Shown: positions 8,797-18,591, counted from the stretch's first letter. The stretch is DNA of 64,000 nucleotides from a virus (IMGVR_UViG_2894682665_000004:309-64308); one strand, 5' to 3'. Made by a program: numbers and translations. Notes: generated by a model not told the origin, from the letters alone.

Positions 8797-9000
8797 ATGA
8801 GTGTCGACGAAAAAGGAGTCTTAGCTGATCAAATTCGTCAGACGATCAGCACACTCAACTCGCAGCTCACAGTAGCCCACTACGCCGGACTGGCCGTTGT
8901 TATTCAGGGCGCAAGGGACTGCGAGATCATGGTTGCTGGTAATGGGCAATCCCCGCACGTGGAAGTGACAATCAAGGAAGCAGAAATTAGGCACTATTAG
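8797..9000 (+). CDS. Hypothetical early protein
   Basis: Tightly packed 67-aa ORF. Confidence 0.65.
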   Translation: MSVDEKGVLADQIRQTISTLNSQLTVAHYAGLAVVIQGARDCEIMVAGNGQSPHVEVTIKEAEIRHY

Positions 9001-9002
9001 CC

Positions 9003-9791
9003 ATGAACACGTTACAGGTTTTCAGCTACAATGACTTTTCGATCGAGTTTGAGCTGATCGGCAGTCAGGTTTACGCCAATGCAACAGCCATGTGTAAACC
9101 CTTTGGTAAACGTCCCAACGACTGGTATGTACTTCCTGACACCCAACGCTACATTCAGGCAATTACCGGAAAATCTGGTAATTCTGATTATCAGCTCTTT
9201 ATCAAAAAAGCGGGAAATCCTGACTATGGCGGGGGTACCTGGATACACGAAAAGTTGATCATTAAGCTGGCTCAGTGGCTGGATGTTGACTTTGAAGTAT
9301 GGTGCGATCAGCAAATCGCTACGCTATTGACTCGCCGGCAACTCGCCGTTTCCACTCCCTCTTACATGATCGAAGACCCCATTCAGCGGGCCGAAGCGTG
9401 GATCCGGGAAGCGAAAGAGAAACAGGCGCTAAGCTTTCAGAACGCTGAGCTTAAACCAAAGGCCGAGTACGCCGAAACGGTACTGCTCAGCGAGTCGGCG
9501 CTGACGACCACGAAAATTGCGCAGCAGCTGGGCATGTCGGCCATTAAGCTCAACCGGATTCTGCGCGACAAACGGGTGCAGTATAAGCAGTCGGGCATCT
9601 GGAACCTCTACAGCGTTCACACCGGTAAGGGGTACGCTACCCTTCGAACGTATATGCACCCCGGTAGCGATGGCATTATTCGCACGGAACACCTGCTGGT
9701 CTGGACCGAAGCGGGTCGTCAGTTCATTCACCAGCTGCTCAATCCCGCCCTAAGTCCAGTCGCCAGCCCGCTACGAGTCGCCACAGCCTAA
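9003..9791 (+). CDS. Antirepressor, KilA-N + KilAC/ANT domains
   Basis: NATAMCKPFGKRPNDW...GGTWIHEKL...AQWLDVDF; LKPKAEYAE...TKIAQQLGMSAIKLNRIL...WTEAGRQFI. Confidence 0.9.
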   Translation: MNTLQVFSYNDFSIEFELIGSQVYANATAMCKPFGKRPNDWYVLPDTQRYIQAITGKSGNSDYQLFIKKAGNPDYGGGTWIHEKLIIKLAQWLDVDFEVWCDQQIATLLTRRQLAVSTPSYMIEDPIQRAEAWIREAKEKQALSFQNAELKPKAEYAETVLLSESALTTTKIAQQLGMSAIKLNRILRDKRVQYKQSGIWNLYSVHTGKGYATLRTYMHPGSDGIIRTEHLLVWTEAGRQFIHQLLNPALSPVASPLRVATA

Positions 9792-9804
9792 ATACTCCCT
9801 TGTT

Positions 9805-10068
9805 ATGGATAATCCCTTTGAAACGCTCTCGACGCAGCTTAGTCATTTGCAGGGACTGGTGCAAACGCTGTCCAAAAATGTGCAGGCGCAAAAACCTGTC
9901 CCTGAATCCGACGATCCGATCACGGTCAAACAGGCGGCTGAATACCTGCACCTGTCCCAGTCGGCACTCTACCAGAATATCGATCGTATTCCTCACCGCA
10001 AACGGCACGGTAAGCTCTATTTCTTTAAAAGTCAGCTCCGGGCCTACCTCGACGAGGGTAATGCGTAA
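9805..10068 (+). CDS. Excisionase-like HTH_17 protein
   Basis: ITVKQAAEYLHLSQSALY...IPHRKRHGKLYFFKSQL. Confidence 0.85.
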   Translation: MDNPFETLSTQLSHLQGLVQTLSKNVQAQKPVPESDDPITVKQAAEYLHLSQSALYQNIDRIPHRKRHGKLYFFKSQLRAYLDEGNA

Positions 10069-10076
10069 GGCAGGCA

Positions 10077-10174
10077 CTACAATCTAAATCAACTAGTGAA
10101 GCGTGACCTATAATCTAAATCAGTAAAAGGCACGCCCGGCAAAAAGCGTCCGGGCGTGACCTACAATCTAAATC
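10077..10174 (+). repeat. Three copies of CTA(C/T)AATCTAAATC around a GC hairpin
   Basis: Copies 10077-10090, 10101-10121, 10154-10174; cacgcccgg/ccgggcgtg stem 10131-10158. Confidence 0.7.
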
Positions 10175-10187
10175 TAACAGTAAAGTT

Positions 10188-10607
10188 ATGCAAACTCTCC
10201 AAGCTCCCCGCAAACGGCTTGTTTTTGCCGCATTGCTGGCCACCTTCTCCACGAACGCAATCAGTTCACCCGCCCCCGAGACAGCACCCCTCACCCTGGC
10301 GGATCTGGATGCTGAGCAGGATTTTTCCGAACTCGAACACCTGGTCAGCAAACTGGCCGGTCCCCACTGCTCCAGCATCGAATTTCACGACGATAACCGC
10401 AAACACGGCTGCCGCTCCCTGGAATGGATCGTTTGTACGCCGGTTTACAACGGCTATTCCGATCGCAATGAAGACGGAGTTTACGCCGACACCTCACCCC
10501 TGCGGGAAATTATCTGGGTGCCGGTTGAGGCTCACCACACCATTCAGAACATCGCCGAACGGGTAGCCTACGAAGTACAGTGTATCGACGATAACCGCTT
10601 CGCCTAG
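10188..10607 (+). CDS. Hypothetical protein
   Basis: 139-aa ORF in early operon. Confidence 0.6.
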   Translation: MQTLQAPRKRLVFAALLATFSTNAISSPAPETAPLTLADLDAEQDFSELEHLVSKLAGPHCSSIEFHDDNRKHGCRSLEWIVCTPVYNGYSDRNEDGVYADTSPLREIIWVPVEAHHTIQNIAERVAYEVQCIDDNRFA

Positions 10608-10614
10608 CCTAGCC

Positions 10615-10833
10615 ATGACAACACTCAAACTTATCGGTTGGGGCTGCCTGGTGGTGGCCCTGCTGATCAATATTCCCTTTTGGATTCATATCATCCGGCA
10701 TTTAAAGCTACGTAGCCTCTGGCGGGAACTTTGCGCCTGGTGGCTGCTGCGGTCGGAGGATCTGGGCGGACTGCTGCTGATCGTGCTGGTTGTTGCGTTT
10801 CTCTGGGTTGGCCTACTTATCACCTGCCCATGA
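10615..10833 (+). CDS. Small 2-TM membrane protein
   Basis: Two hydrophobic segments; ATGA overlap with next gene. Confidence 0.6.
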   Translation: MTTLKLIGWGCLVVALLINIPFWIHIIRHLKLRSLWRELCAWWLLRSEDLGGLLLIVLVVAFLWVGLLITCP

Positions 10834-11117
10834 GTCTGCTCAACGATATCTACCAAACGCACCTGCAAACGCTGCTGGGCAAGACAACCCGCATCGAGGA
10901 AATTGACATCGATGATGATTTCATCACGTTTGCCCTGCCCGTCGATCAGCCACTGGATCTGCAATTGGGCGTAAAGCTCACCATCTACGGCATCAACGAG
11001 GGTAAACTATACTGCTCCATTTTCAACCACGAACTGGAAAAGCAACTGGCCGATCTGCCCCGGTTTGATGCGCTCAAGCAACACATTTTTACCGAAGCCT
11101 CCCATGACCAAACGTGA
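10830..11117 (+). CDS. Hypothetical protein
   Basis: Start MSLLND at 10830 coupled to upstream stop. Confidence 0.6.
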   Translation: MSLLNDIYQTHLQTLLGKTTRIEEIDIDDDFITFALPVDQPLDLQLGVKLTIYGINEGKLYCSIFNHELEKQLADLPRFDALKQHIFTEASHDQT

Positions 11118-11214
11118 ACGACTGAAAGCAGAAAAAGCCGAACGGGACCGTGTTCGGCAGGAACAAAAGGATTGGTACGAACGCGAAAAAGCCCGGCTCG
11201 CCCAGCAAGTCTAA
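11104..11214 (+). CDS. Small charged helical peptide (36 aa)
   Basis: Manual translation MTKRERLKAEKAERD...; fills operon gap. Confidence 0.4.
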   Translation: MTKRERLKAEKAERDRVRQEQKDWYEREKARLAQQV

Positions 11215-11216
11215 CC

Positions 11217-11339
11217 ATGTCGAAACGCACACGCTACTACGTCTGGGTGATCTTTTTTGCCCTGCTGCTGGGCGGCTTCGCCTGCAAACATTCGCTCTAC
11301 TTCCGAGCCAACTTTCCGGCCCTCTGGAGCCGGCACTAG
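11217..11339 (+). CDS. Small single-TM peptide (40 aa)
   Basis: Manual translation MSKRTRYYVWVIFFALLLGGFACKH... Confidence 0.45.
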   Translation: MSKRTRYYVWVIFFALLLGGFACKHSLYFRANFPALWSRH

Positions 11340-11358
11340 CGTCTATTTTTTATTTTTT

Positions 11359-12390
11359 ATGGCTGGCCTTTGGATTGATGACGAGATAATGAAGCTCAAG
11401 CGGACGCCTGCCGAACGGCTACTGCTGGCCCGTATTTGCTACCGGGCCGGCATAGCCAAGGATGAACTATGCCACGACAGTAATAAAGAACTGGCGCTGG
11501 CAATCGACATCCATGCCCAGACGGCATCCGATTTGGTTCAGAAGCTCGAAAAAGACGGGTTGATAAATACGAAAGTCTATCCCGAAAAGAAGAACGAACG
11601 CACGATTTCGCCTATCCGTAAAATCCTTATACCCTATAAGGAAAATGCGGATAGGTATAAGGAAAAGACTGATAGTGACTATAAGGAAATTCCTTACAGT
11701 ACCCCCGAGACCCTATCAGGAAATTCCTTAGAGGGTATAAGTCAAATCCTTATAGGGTCTAAGGAAATTCCTGATAGCTATAATAAGGATATAAAACCTT
11801 TAGAAAACTTAGAAAAATCTAAAGCTGCTGCCTCCGCTTCAAGCGCGGGCGCGAGGGATGAACCGGGTAGTCAACACCTACCGGCTGAACAAAAGCCCCC
11901 TAACCCCCCTGTTGCGGCCGCCCCCCAAGTCCCCAAAAAGAAGTACGGCGACGGCAAGCTCCAGCAACTCGTCAAGGCCTTCATCCAGGCCAACCCCGAC
12001 AAATACGAGACCGAGATGTACGTCGATTTTCTGGAAAAGTGGACGGCCATCGTCGATGACTCGAAAATTACGGCCGACATCGGCAAGGAGCTCTGGCGAA
12101 CGCAGGACAGCTTCTCGGTAGCTACCCGACTCAAAAACTGGCACCCCGGCTATCTCAAAGACCAACAGAAACCGCATGAATCAGCAACTCGCCCTTCGCA
12201 ATCCAACCATTCAGCTGGTAAGAATTCAACCGGCTATTCAGGTAAGCCGGTTAAACGACTTGCCCTTATCCCCCCTGGCAGCCTCAGCCGTTTCGGCAAA
12301 GCTAAACGGGACGAAGATCCTCAACGCGACGGAGGAACAATTAGAATCGATGTGGGATCAGATCACGGTTCTGCTGGGGATCAAAGTTGA
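11359..12390 (+). CDS. Phage replication initiator (lambda O-like architecture, N-terminal wHTH)
   Basis: wHTH (SNKELALAIDIHAQTASDLVQKLEKDGLI), iteron-rich linker, helical C-domain. Confidence 0.75.
   Translation: MAGLWIDDEIMKLKRTPAERLLLARICYRAGIAKDELCHDSNKELALAIDIHAQTASDLVQKLEKDGLINTKVYPEKKNERTISPIRKILIPYKENADRYKEKTDSDYKEIPYSTPETLSGNSLEGISQILIGSKEIPDSYNKDIKPLENLEKSKAAASASSAGARDEPGSQHLPAEQKPPNPPVAAAPQVPKKKYGDGKLQQLVKAFIQANPDKYETEMYVDFLEKWTAIVDDSKITADIGKELWRTQDSFSVATRLKNWHPGYLKDQQKPHESATRPSQSNHSAGKNSTGYSGKPVKRLALIPPGSLSRFGKAKRDEDPQRDGGTIRIDVGSDHGSAGDQS
11622..11795. repeat. Iteron cluster / putative replication origin inside initiator gene
   Basis: TATAAGGAAA at 11635, 11656, 11680; inverted TCCTTATA at 11624 and 11747; A(A)GGAAATTCCT palindromic cores near 11683, 11718, 11761. 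Confidence 0.75.
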
Positions 12391-13024
12391 AGAAAAGGAC
12401 CTTGAGGCCCACATCGAGGAAATTGCCGCCACGACGGCGTGGCTTCAGGAGAACTACGGCGAGAAGCTGACCTGCGAGGAAATCGTTAACGCCTACAATC
12501 TGGCCTGCCAGCGTAACCTCAAGCTCAAAGAGTTATTCGGGCTCATTTCTCCCAAACACGTCGGCGACGTGCTGGATGCCTACCGCACCTACGTCCGGGA
12601 GGATCTGGAGATCAACCGGGTCTTCGCCCAGCAGCTGCTACTCGATCAGGAGCCCCGCCAAACCGAAGAGGAAATCACGGCCTTTATGGAATCGGCGCTG
12701 GAGAAGGCCCGCGCCGAGGTAGCCGCCGGTAAATTCTATTTCGATGCCGGTAACGGGCTCTTTGACTGGCTCTACCAGAACGGGCGCATCACGATCGACG
12801 AGAACCAGGCCGATCATTTTTACAAAAAAGCCAAACAGCAGCTACCCAAACTGCTGGAGCGCGAAAAGAAAGACGTTACCCCGGGCGACACCGGCAAGCA
12901 GTCGCAGCTGGAGAAGCTCATTCAGCACGCCGAAATGGGGCTGATCGGCGCTGATCACCATGCCCGCATCGAGGCCTACGCCAAACGGCTATTTCTCAAT
13001 CACTACCTGACCCAGCAGCCATGA
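12176..13024 (+). CDS. Hypothetical replication protein (helicase-loader position)
   Basis: 282-aa ORF between initiator and VRR-NUC; function from position only. Confidence 0.65.
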   Translation: MNQQLALRNPTIQLVRIQPAIQVSRLNDLPLSPLAASAVSAKLNGTKILNATEEQLESMWDQITVLLGIKVEEKDLEAHIEEIAATTAWLQENYGEKLTCEEIVNAYNLACQRNLKLKELFGLISPKHVGDVLDAYRTYVREDLEINRVFAQQLLLDQEPRQTEEEITAFMESALEKARAEVAAGKFYFDAGNGLFDWLYQNGRITIDENQADHFYKKAKQQLPKLLEREKKDVTPGDTGKQSQLEKLIQHAEMGLIGADHHARIEAYAKRLFLNHYLTQQP

Positions 13025-13440
13025 AAAAGCGCCCCAACGTGAACGAAATGTCGGCCGCTGATTTCCGTAAACGCTACGTCGATCAAATCGAACATAACCT
13101 GCAAAAGCTCTGCATTGACTGGTTCCGGCTTGACTACCCGCAGCTGATGATTGCCGCTGTGCCCAACGCTGGCGACCGCTCCCCGGCCGAAGCGCAGAAG
13201 ATGCTCAATGAAGGCCTGCTTCCGGGCTTCCCCGACACCGTCATTCCGTTTCCGAGTGCGTCCTACCACGGTCTGTTTGCGGAGCTAAAAACGGTCAAGG
13301 GCCGCATTTCGCCCCAGCAGCACATCGTTCATGCTCACCTGCGGGCGCTGGGCTACCAGGTGATCGTACCCCGCACGTTCGAAGAATTTCAATCACAGGT
13401 TACCGACTATCTACATGGCCCAGCAAATTCGGGGCACTGA
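13021..13440 (+). CDS. VRR-NUC nuclease (Holliday junction resolvase-like)
   Basis: VPNAG...GLLPGFPD...FAELKTVKGRISPQQ. Confidence 0.88.
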   Translation: MKKRPNVNEMSAADFRKRYVDQIEHNLQKLCIDWFRLDYPQLMIAAVPNAGDRSPAEAQKMLNEGLLPGFPDTVIPFPSASYHGLFAELKTVKGRISPQQHIVHAHLRALGYQVIVPRTFEEFQSQVTDYLHGPANSGH

Positions 13441-13702
13441 GCCCCCCGGTTACATTCATCTGCCAAAATTGGGATTAGTGGCTACGAGTGATATAGGCTA
13501 TTTCGTCTCGCAGAAACAGTACTGTCACATCTACTTCGTAGGCTCCAATAGGCCGCATCTGCTCAGCGAGCCACTCGCCTACTTTCGGCGGAAGCTGCCG
13601 CACTTTGTTGAAACCCGCTTTCACAACTGCCAGGGTTTACGCATTCGTCGAAAACTCTATAACCCGGCTCTGCCTGCCATAAACGGCCTGCGTGAAGCGT
13701 AA
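13415..13702 (+). CDS. LytTR-like DNA-binding protein
   Basis: DIGYFVSQKQYCHIYF...PLAYFRRKLPHF resembles LytTR consensus. Confidence 0.5.
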   Translation: MAQQIRGTEPPGYIHLPKLGLVATSDIGYFVSQKQYCHIYFVGSNRPHLLSEPLAYFRRKLPHFVETRFHNCQGLRIRRKLYNPALPAINGLREA

Positions 13703-13714
13703 ACCCTACCGCCC

Positions 13715-14419
13715 ATGATCTACTACAAATCGAAAATCAAATACAGCGCCCTGGTCGATGGGGAGGCCAAAGCCCTGACCGAAATCTACCTGCACGAGGC
13801 CATTAACTACGGGGAGGTCGAAACCCAGTGCCCGGAGATCCTCAAGACGCGCATCAAAACCTTCGACGAGGATACGATTGCCAATATCGGCAAGATCAAG
13901 TTTGCCGAGGTCATCTTTCATCCGATGGCCGAAGACGACGCCTTCTGGCAGGTCAAGGTGACGGTCTTCGACGAGAAAAAGCGCAGCTGGGCCTGTCTGG
14001 TACCGGCCCTCGATTACATCGCAGCGGGCCAGCGTGTCAGCGACTACCTGAAGGGATCACTTTTGCCCTACGAGATCGCCGACGTCAAAAAGTCCGATAT
14101 CCTGGCCGTCTGGCATCCCAAGAACGAGCTCTGGCAGGGCGACTGGTACAACCGGATGGAGCGGCTCTACGACGAGGGCAAACGCGAAGTCGGCCACAAT
14201 CAGCTCGATATTGATTTCGACAGCAAAGCCGATGAGGACGACGAAGACGATTCGGATAATTATGATTATGCCCAGCGCCGTAATCAGCTGCACGACGAGT
14301 TAACGAGTCTGGGCAATGGTTTGGGAGCCGTCCAGATTACGGCCAGCGGTACCGATCGGGCGGGCAATCACAAGTCGGTGACGGTCAACCTGCGAAAAAA
14401 CCGAAAACGGAATGGCTAA
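13715..14419 (+). CDS. DUF4494 family protein with acidic tail
   Basis: YYKSKIKY...EIYLHEAINYGEVE...FWQVKV...YEIADVKKSDILAV. Confidence 0.8.
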   Translation: MIYYKSKIKYSALVDGEAKALTEIYLHEAINYGEVETQCPEILKTRIKTFDEDTIANIGKIKFAEVIFHPMAEDDAFWQVKVTVFDEKKRSWACLVPALDYIAAGQRVSDYLKGSLLPYEIADVKKSDILAVWHPKNELWQGDWYNRMERLYDEGKREVGHNQLDIDFDSKADEDDEDDSDNYDYAQRRNQLHDELTSLGNGLGAVQITASGTDRAGNHKSVTVNLRKNRKRNG

Positions 14420-14882
14420 CGTCGTCCGTATCGTCGCCGGCCTGAAACCCTCAACCGGCGACTACCACATCATCACCGTTTTTGACGACGACCGCATACG
14501 CATCGAGCGCCCGTTTTGCAGCCTGCTGCTGCGTCGGGAAATGGGCACGCTTGACGAATCCAGCTGGAAACCGCACCGACACCTGATCGGGCTCCTTGAG
14601 CCAAACGCCTACTTCATAATCCACTACTGCCCATGCCGATCACACCCGATAATAAAGCCCGCTATCCCCGAGATTGGAAGCAGATTTCGCAGCGTATCCG
14701 TACCCAAAGAGCTGGCAACAAGTGCGAAGTGTGCGGCCTGCTCAATGGATCGCGCGGCTGGCGCACTAAGGACGGGACGTTTTACAGCGTCGAGGGCTTT
14801 GCAGGCGAAGCTATTAGCCCGCTACACGAAGATGAACTCTGCAAACTCGTTGGCAAACGCAACCCAATTACAATTGTTCTGA
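14412..14882 (+). CDS. Hypothetical protein (3' half overlaps HNH gene)
   Basis: Coupled start after DUF4494; 250-nt overlap lowers certainty. Confidence 0.4.
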   Translation: MANVVRIVAGLKPSTGDYHIITVFDDDRIRIERPFCSLLLRREMGTLDESSWKPHRHLIGLLEPNAYFIIHYCPCRSHPIIKPAIPEIGSRFRSVSVPKELATSAKCAACSMDRAAGALRTGRFTASRALQAKLLARYTKMNSANSLANATQLQLF

Positions 14883-15046
14883 CCGTCGCCCACCTGGATC
14901 ATACGCCGGAAAACTGCGCAGATGACAATCTGAAAGCCATGTGCCAGCAGTGCCATAACCGTTACGATATGTCCCACCGGCAGGCGAACGCCCGCAAAAC
15001 ACGGCTCGATAAAATCTTCAAAAAGCAACTTACTCTATTCGCATGA
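14633..15046 (+). CDS. HNH endonuclease-like protein
   Basis: YPRDWKQIS...RAGNKCEVC...VLTVAHLDHTPENC...LKAMCQQCHNRYD. Confidence 0.85.
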   Translation: MPITPDNKARYPRDWKQISQRIRTQRAGNKCEVCGLLNGSRGWRTKDGTFYSVEGFAGEAISPLHEDELCKLVGKRNPITIVLTVAHLDHTPENCADDNLKAMCQQCHNRYDMSHRQANARKTRLDKIFKKQLTLFA

Positions 15047-15096
15047 ACCAGCCCTTTCGCCTGCGCGGCCCACCTAAACAGTAGCTGCTGTCATAG

Positions 15097-15156
15097 CACC
15101 GGACACGGATGGGTGTCAAAATGGGAATCTTACCCCTACCGTGTCCGGTGTTTTTC
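15097..15156 (+). terminator. Hairpin + U tract ending early operon
   Basis: caccggacacgg (15097-15108) / ccgtgtccggtg (15139-15150) then ttttt. Confidence 0.6.
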
Positions 15157-15582
15157 CGTCAATTAAGATTTATACGCTACTATTTAGGCCCAATAATTCA
15201 TAAAAAATATTCAAACTATCTTATAAAGAAGGGGCTTTAATAGCTGTCAAACTTTTATTTATAATACAAAATAAAAATTAAGTAAAAAGTGGATAAAAAT
15301 AACTAGTAAATTCAATTATAATTTAAGTATTAACGGCAAAAATAAACTCATCTTAAATACAAGTAATTGACGTATATAGTATTATTACTTTACACGCTTT
15401 AAGTAAAAAATAGTAGAATATTACTTACCAAAAATTTAATAATAACTAATAATTACTCATATCCAAAAACTGTAACTTTTTATTTAAAAATTTTTAGATT
15501 TTTTACTAGTATATAGCATCGATTAAATCCTTTAATCCAAAAATATCTTATTATAATTTTAAATCTCTTACCGTCTATTTTT

Positions 15583-17076
15583 ATGAATACGATGTATAAA
15601 AGACCAGTCTGCTTATTACTTGCATCAGTTTTACTGATCTTCTCCGCTTGCCAAAGGGGAAGTATGGAACCGGTCGATTTTGGCCAAACTCAATCGGTGA
15701 AGGTTAGCGCTGAAGTTGCTGAACAGTATCGCATTGAATTCGCGAAACTAATGGCTAAAGCCGTGGCTAGGGAAGATGTGCGCACGCTATTGAAAACAGA
15801 GGCAAAAAAACAGTTTGATAATGATACGGATATACTGTATCAAAGAACCAAAAACACTAAATTAGAAAACGGTCAGACGTTTGAAGAAGCTCTCATTGAA
15901 CTGTATGGATCCCAAGAAAATTTCAATAAGATTGTTAATAGCTTACCACTACTAACAATTTTTATTCCCACGTTGGATAAATTTTCCGTTGACAAATGGG
16001 ATATTAAAACAGAATTACCACAGGTCGCTTCCTATCCAAATAAAATTGGTGATGGGAAAAATCAGTATACGTTCCCCGCTTTTACTCAAGCTGGTGAATC
16101 GGTGCTTTTACAGAAGCATATTAAGCCAACTTCTGCAACCATTTTGATCAAGGACAATGAGCGACTATTTGTCAAAAATAAAGATAATCAAAATGCCCGG
16201 CTTCCTTTTGGTGCCAATCGCTTGATAAATGAAGGCGGAGTTACCTATGATTTTATTGATGCCTCCTTTGATGCCAGCTTCAGCAAGTCGGTTGCCAATA
16301 ATAAGCAGGCCAGAATTGCCCGTTCTGCTAACGAATTAGGACAAGAAGTAAAAGATTCGTATGAATTTGGTCTGCAATACCAACGCGATTATATCTATTA
16401 TGGCATTGCCCCTGAACGGGGCGTAAATACAGGTACTCTCCGCGATAATTATTATGAGTACATAACCACGTTTGGGGTATTAAGTCCAGCTAGTTTCGAT
16501 CATATTGTTGACGATCCAACGAACGACTGGGGTGACGGAAATCTGGAATTCGTTATCAATGTTATTGCAGTAGACGGTAAGTCTGCCTTAAACACCCAAA
16601 CGAAAGGTTTCAGCTGTAATCTTCGTGATATGTTCTTTTTTTCTGGCAACAAAGACAGTCATCAGGTGTACAACTCATATACGTATTTTCTTCCTACCCC
16701 TATCGAATTATTCCGGTGGGATATGGAGCGTTATGGGGATGCAATTAAGTTTTTGGTTTACGAGAGCGATCCAACCACGTCAGGAACAACCACCTATAGT
16801 ACGACTACTACCTCTACGTATGGCTTTAATTTTAATATTGGGGTTAAGGATGGTCCCAATTTTGGCATTAATGCCAGCAACGTGGATGCCAGGAATCATA
16901 CGTACAGTGTAGTCGTGGCTGGCGCACCTGATTACTTGTACGATGCTGTACTTACCTGGAGAGATAAAGTTGTGACGGAAAAATACGACCTAGGCGGAGG
17001 TTCCGTGTATTATGGAATTAATGATGTCCAGACTGGAACAGTCAGTATGACGGTAGAGCCGCGAAGGAAGTTTTAG
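15583..17076 (+). CDS. Large lipoprotein moron (497 aa), unknown function
   Basis: SPII lipobox LLIFSAC; AT-rich; 420-bp very AT-rich leader; own terminator. Confidence 0.8.
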   Translation: MNTMYKRPVCLLLASVLLIFSACQRGSMEPVDFGQTQSVKVSAEVAEQYRIEFAKLMAKAVAREDVRTLLKTEAKKQFDNDTDILYQRTKNTKLENGQTFEEALIELYGSQENFNKIVNSLPLLTIFIPTLDKFSVDKWDIKTELPQVASYPNKIGDGKNQYTFPAFTQAGESVLLQKHIKPTSATILIKDNERLFVKNKDNQNARLPFGANRLINEGGVTYDFIDASFDASFSKSVANNKQARIARSANELGQEVKDSYEFGLQYQRDYIYYGIAPERGVNTGTLRDNYYEYITTFGVLSPASFDHIVDDPTNDWGDGNLEFVINVIAVDGKSALNTQTKGFSCNLRDMFFFSGNKDSHQVYNSYTYFLPTPIELFRWDMERYGDAIKFLVYESDPTTSGTTTYSTTTTSTYGFNFNIGVKDGPNFGINASNVDARNHTYSVVVAGAPDYLYDAVLTWRDKVVTEKYDLGGGSVYYGINDVQTGTVSMTVEPRRKF

Positions 17077-17093
17077 TAAAACAACCCAGTTTT

Positions 17094-17137
17094 GCAATAA
17101 AAAAGGCGCTCCGACATTCGAGCGCCTTTTTTATTGC
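17094..17137. terminator. Bidirectional intrinsic terminator
   Basis: gcaataaaaaaggcgctc / gagcgccttttttattgc perfect 18-bp stem. Confidence 0.85.
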
Positions 17138-17157
17138 CCGGCGGATCAGGGCCATAA

Positions 17158-17415
17158 AAGCCCGGCTGGCTGAGTTGCAACTCCCGAACCGGGCAACTGC
17201 CGCATTCGACCAGTAGCACCCCGGAGCTCATGAGGTACGCCAAATCGGCACTGGACTCGATCTTTGCCTTTGGCTACCACTATCAGAAAGTGGGCGTGAT
17301 GCTAACCGATCTGGTGCCCGCTTATTTATTTGTTCAATCATCCCCTGAGAGGGTGGCTAGGCCGGAAGGCCACGCAGCCACCCTTGAACCAATAAAAAAT
17401 GGTTCGTACAACTAA
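17158..17415 (+). pseudogene. umuC: Remnant of Y-family DNA polymerase V C-terminal region
   Basis: NSRTGQLPHSTSSTPELMRYAKSALDSIFAFGYHYQKVGVMLTDLVP matches UmuC little finger; no catalytic N-terminus. Confidence 0.75.
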
Positions 17416-17583
17416 TGACCTTTATCAGGCGGGTTGCTGATCAACGGCGATCCGATCCGAAATTTCGCTCGGGTTTCGTCTGTTCAACGGAACCCGTTAA
17501 CGAATAAACGCGCCAACAACTTTTTGCCATCCTAAAAAGGGCCTTTATCCCTCTTCGCTTACTACAGCATGCCTGAACTAATA

Positions 17584-17832
17584 CTAAATGCTACCTTGAT
17601 AATAGCGTAAGGCTTGTTCAACTGATATACCTTGTAACCGAGCATTATCAAGGATGAGGAACGTGATTCTGTAAGCCTCAGGATGTTTGCAAAAACGTTT
17701 CCATAGCCTATAGGCGTCATCATAACTATGGCCTGTCTTGGTGGATATATAGACAAGTTTGCGGGCGTCCCAGACCGAGTAGGGAGCTAATATCGCTTTT
17801 AAGTACCGACTAATAAATAAAAGTTTGCTCAT
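17584..17832 (-). CDS. Hypothetical protein
   Basis: 82-aa ORF, no motif. Confidence 0.4.
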   Translation of the reverse strand: MSKLLFISRYLKAILAPYSVWDARKLVYISTKTGHSYDDAYRLWKRFCKHPEAYRITFLILDNARLQGISVEQALRYYQGSI

Positions 17833-18363
17833 GAAGTAGGTTGTAGTTCACTGGTAAACATAAGTACTTATGCTCAGTGATTTTTAGCCCCTCTATTAAA
17901 TTGGAATTAAATCGGTATGGGCTAATTTCTCTTGTGAAGCGATTGAGATTCACCCTGGAATGGCCTGTGCACCGGGAACAAATTAGTTGCCGGACACCTT
18001 GTCTAGTTTAAGTAAAGCCATTTCGTTTCTGGCTTCTGGTAAGGTTAGCTTATACGAATAGAACATCGATCGGCAGAGCCGGGCTATACCCTGCAATTAC
18101 TACTTGAAGTAGGTCAGTACATTAAAACTAGCAAACACCTACCCAGCATCCCTGAGCGGCTGAACTCGTTGAGAGGCGGATTGATGTGGCCACCCACGTG
18201 AGTACCGCAACGATAAAGTAGCCATGATTATTCACTGACGTTCACAGTTAATAAAACGGACTTTTGTCGGTTCTGTAGGGTAGGCATTTAAGCGTTTTCA
18301 ATTCAGAAATTGGCTGTACCTGATTTTCTTTGTATCCTTACTCAACGGGAACAACAACTACCT

Positions 18364-18591
18364 ATGCCAGAGCAAGCCGCATTAAGACAAGCCGCCGAAT
18401 ATTGGGAAGAGCAGTACAATCGGATCAGCGAGCAGGCTGAATCGTTCCCTAAGACAGGAATCATAGAGGATGACCTGGAAACAGCCTCTTGGTTGGCGGA
18501 AGTGAAGGAAATGTATCATCAGAAGTATCAGAAGGCTCGGCAGGACTACATTGACGCTGACTACGGCAATGTGCAGGATTTGCTAGGGTAA
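18364..18591 (+). CDS. Hypothetical helical protein
   Basis: ATG at 18364; hairpin after stop. Confidence 0.5.
   Translation: MPEQAALRQAAEYWEEQYNRISEQAESFPKTGIIEDDLETASWLAEVKEMYHQKYQKARQDYIDADYGNVQDLLG

Noticed and set aside
10077-10174. Possible mini-CRISPR
   Set aside because: Repeats too short, spacers irregular, no cas genes
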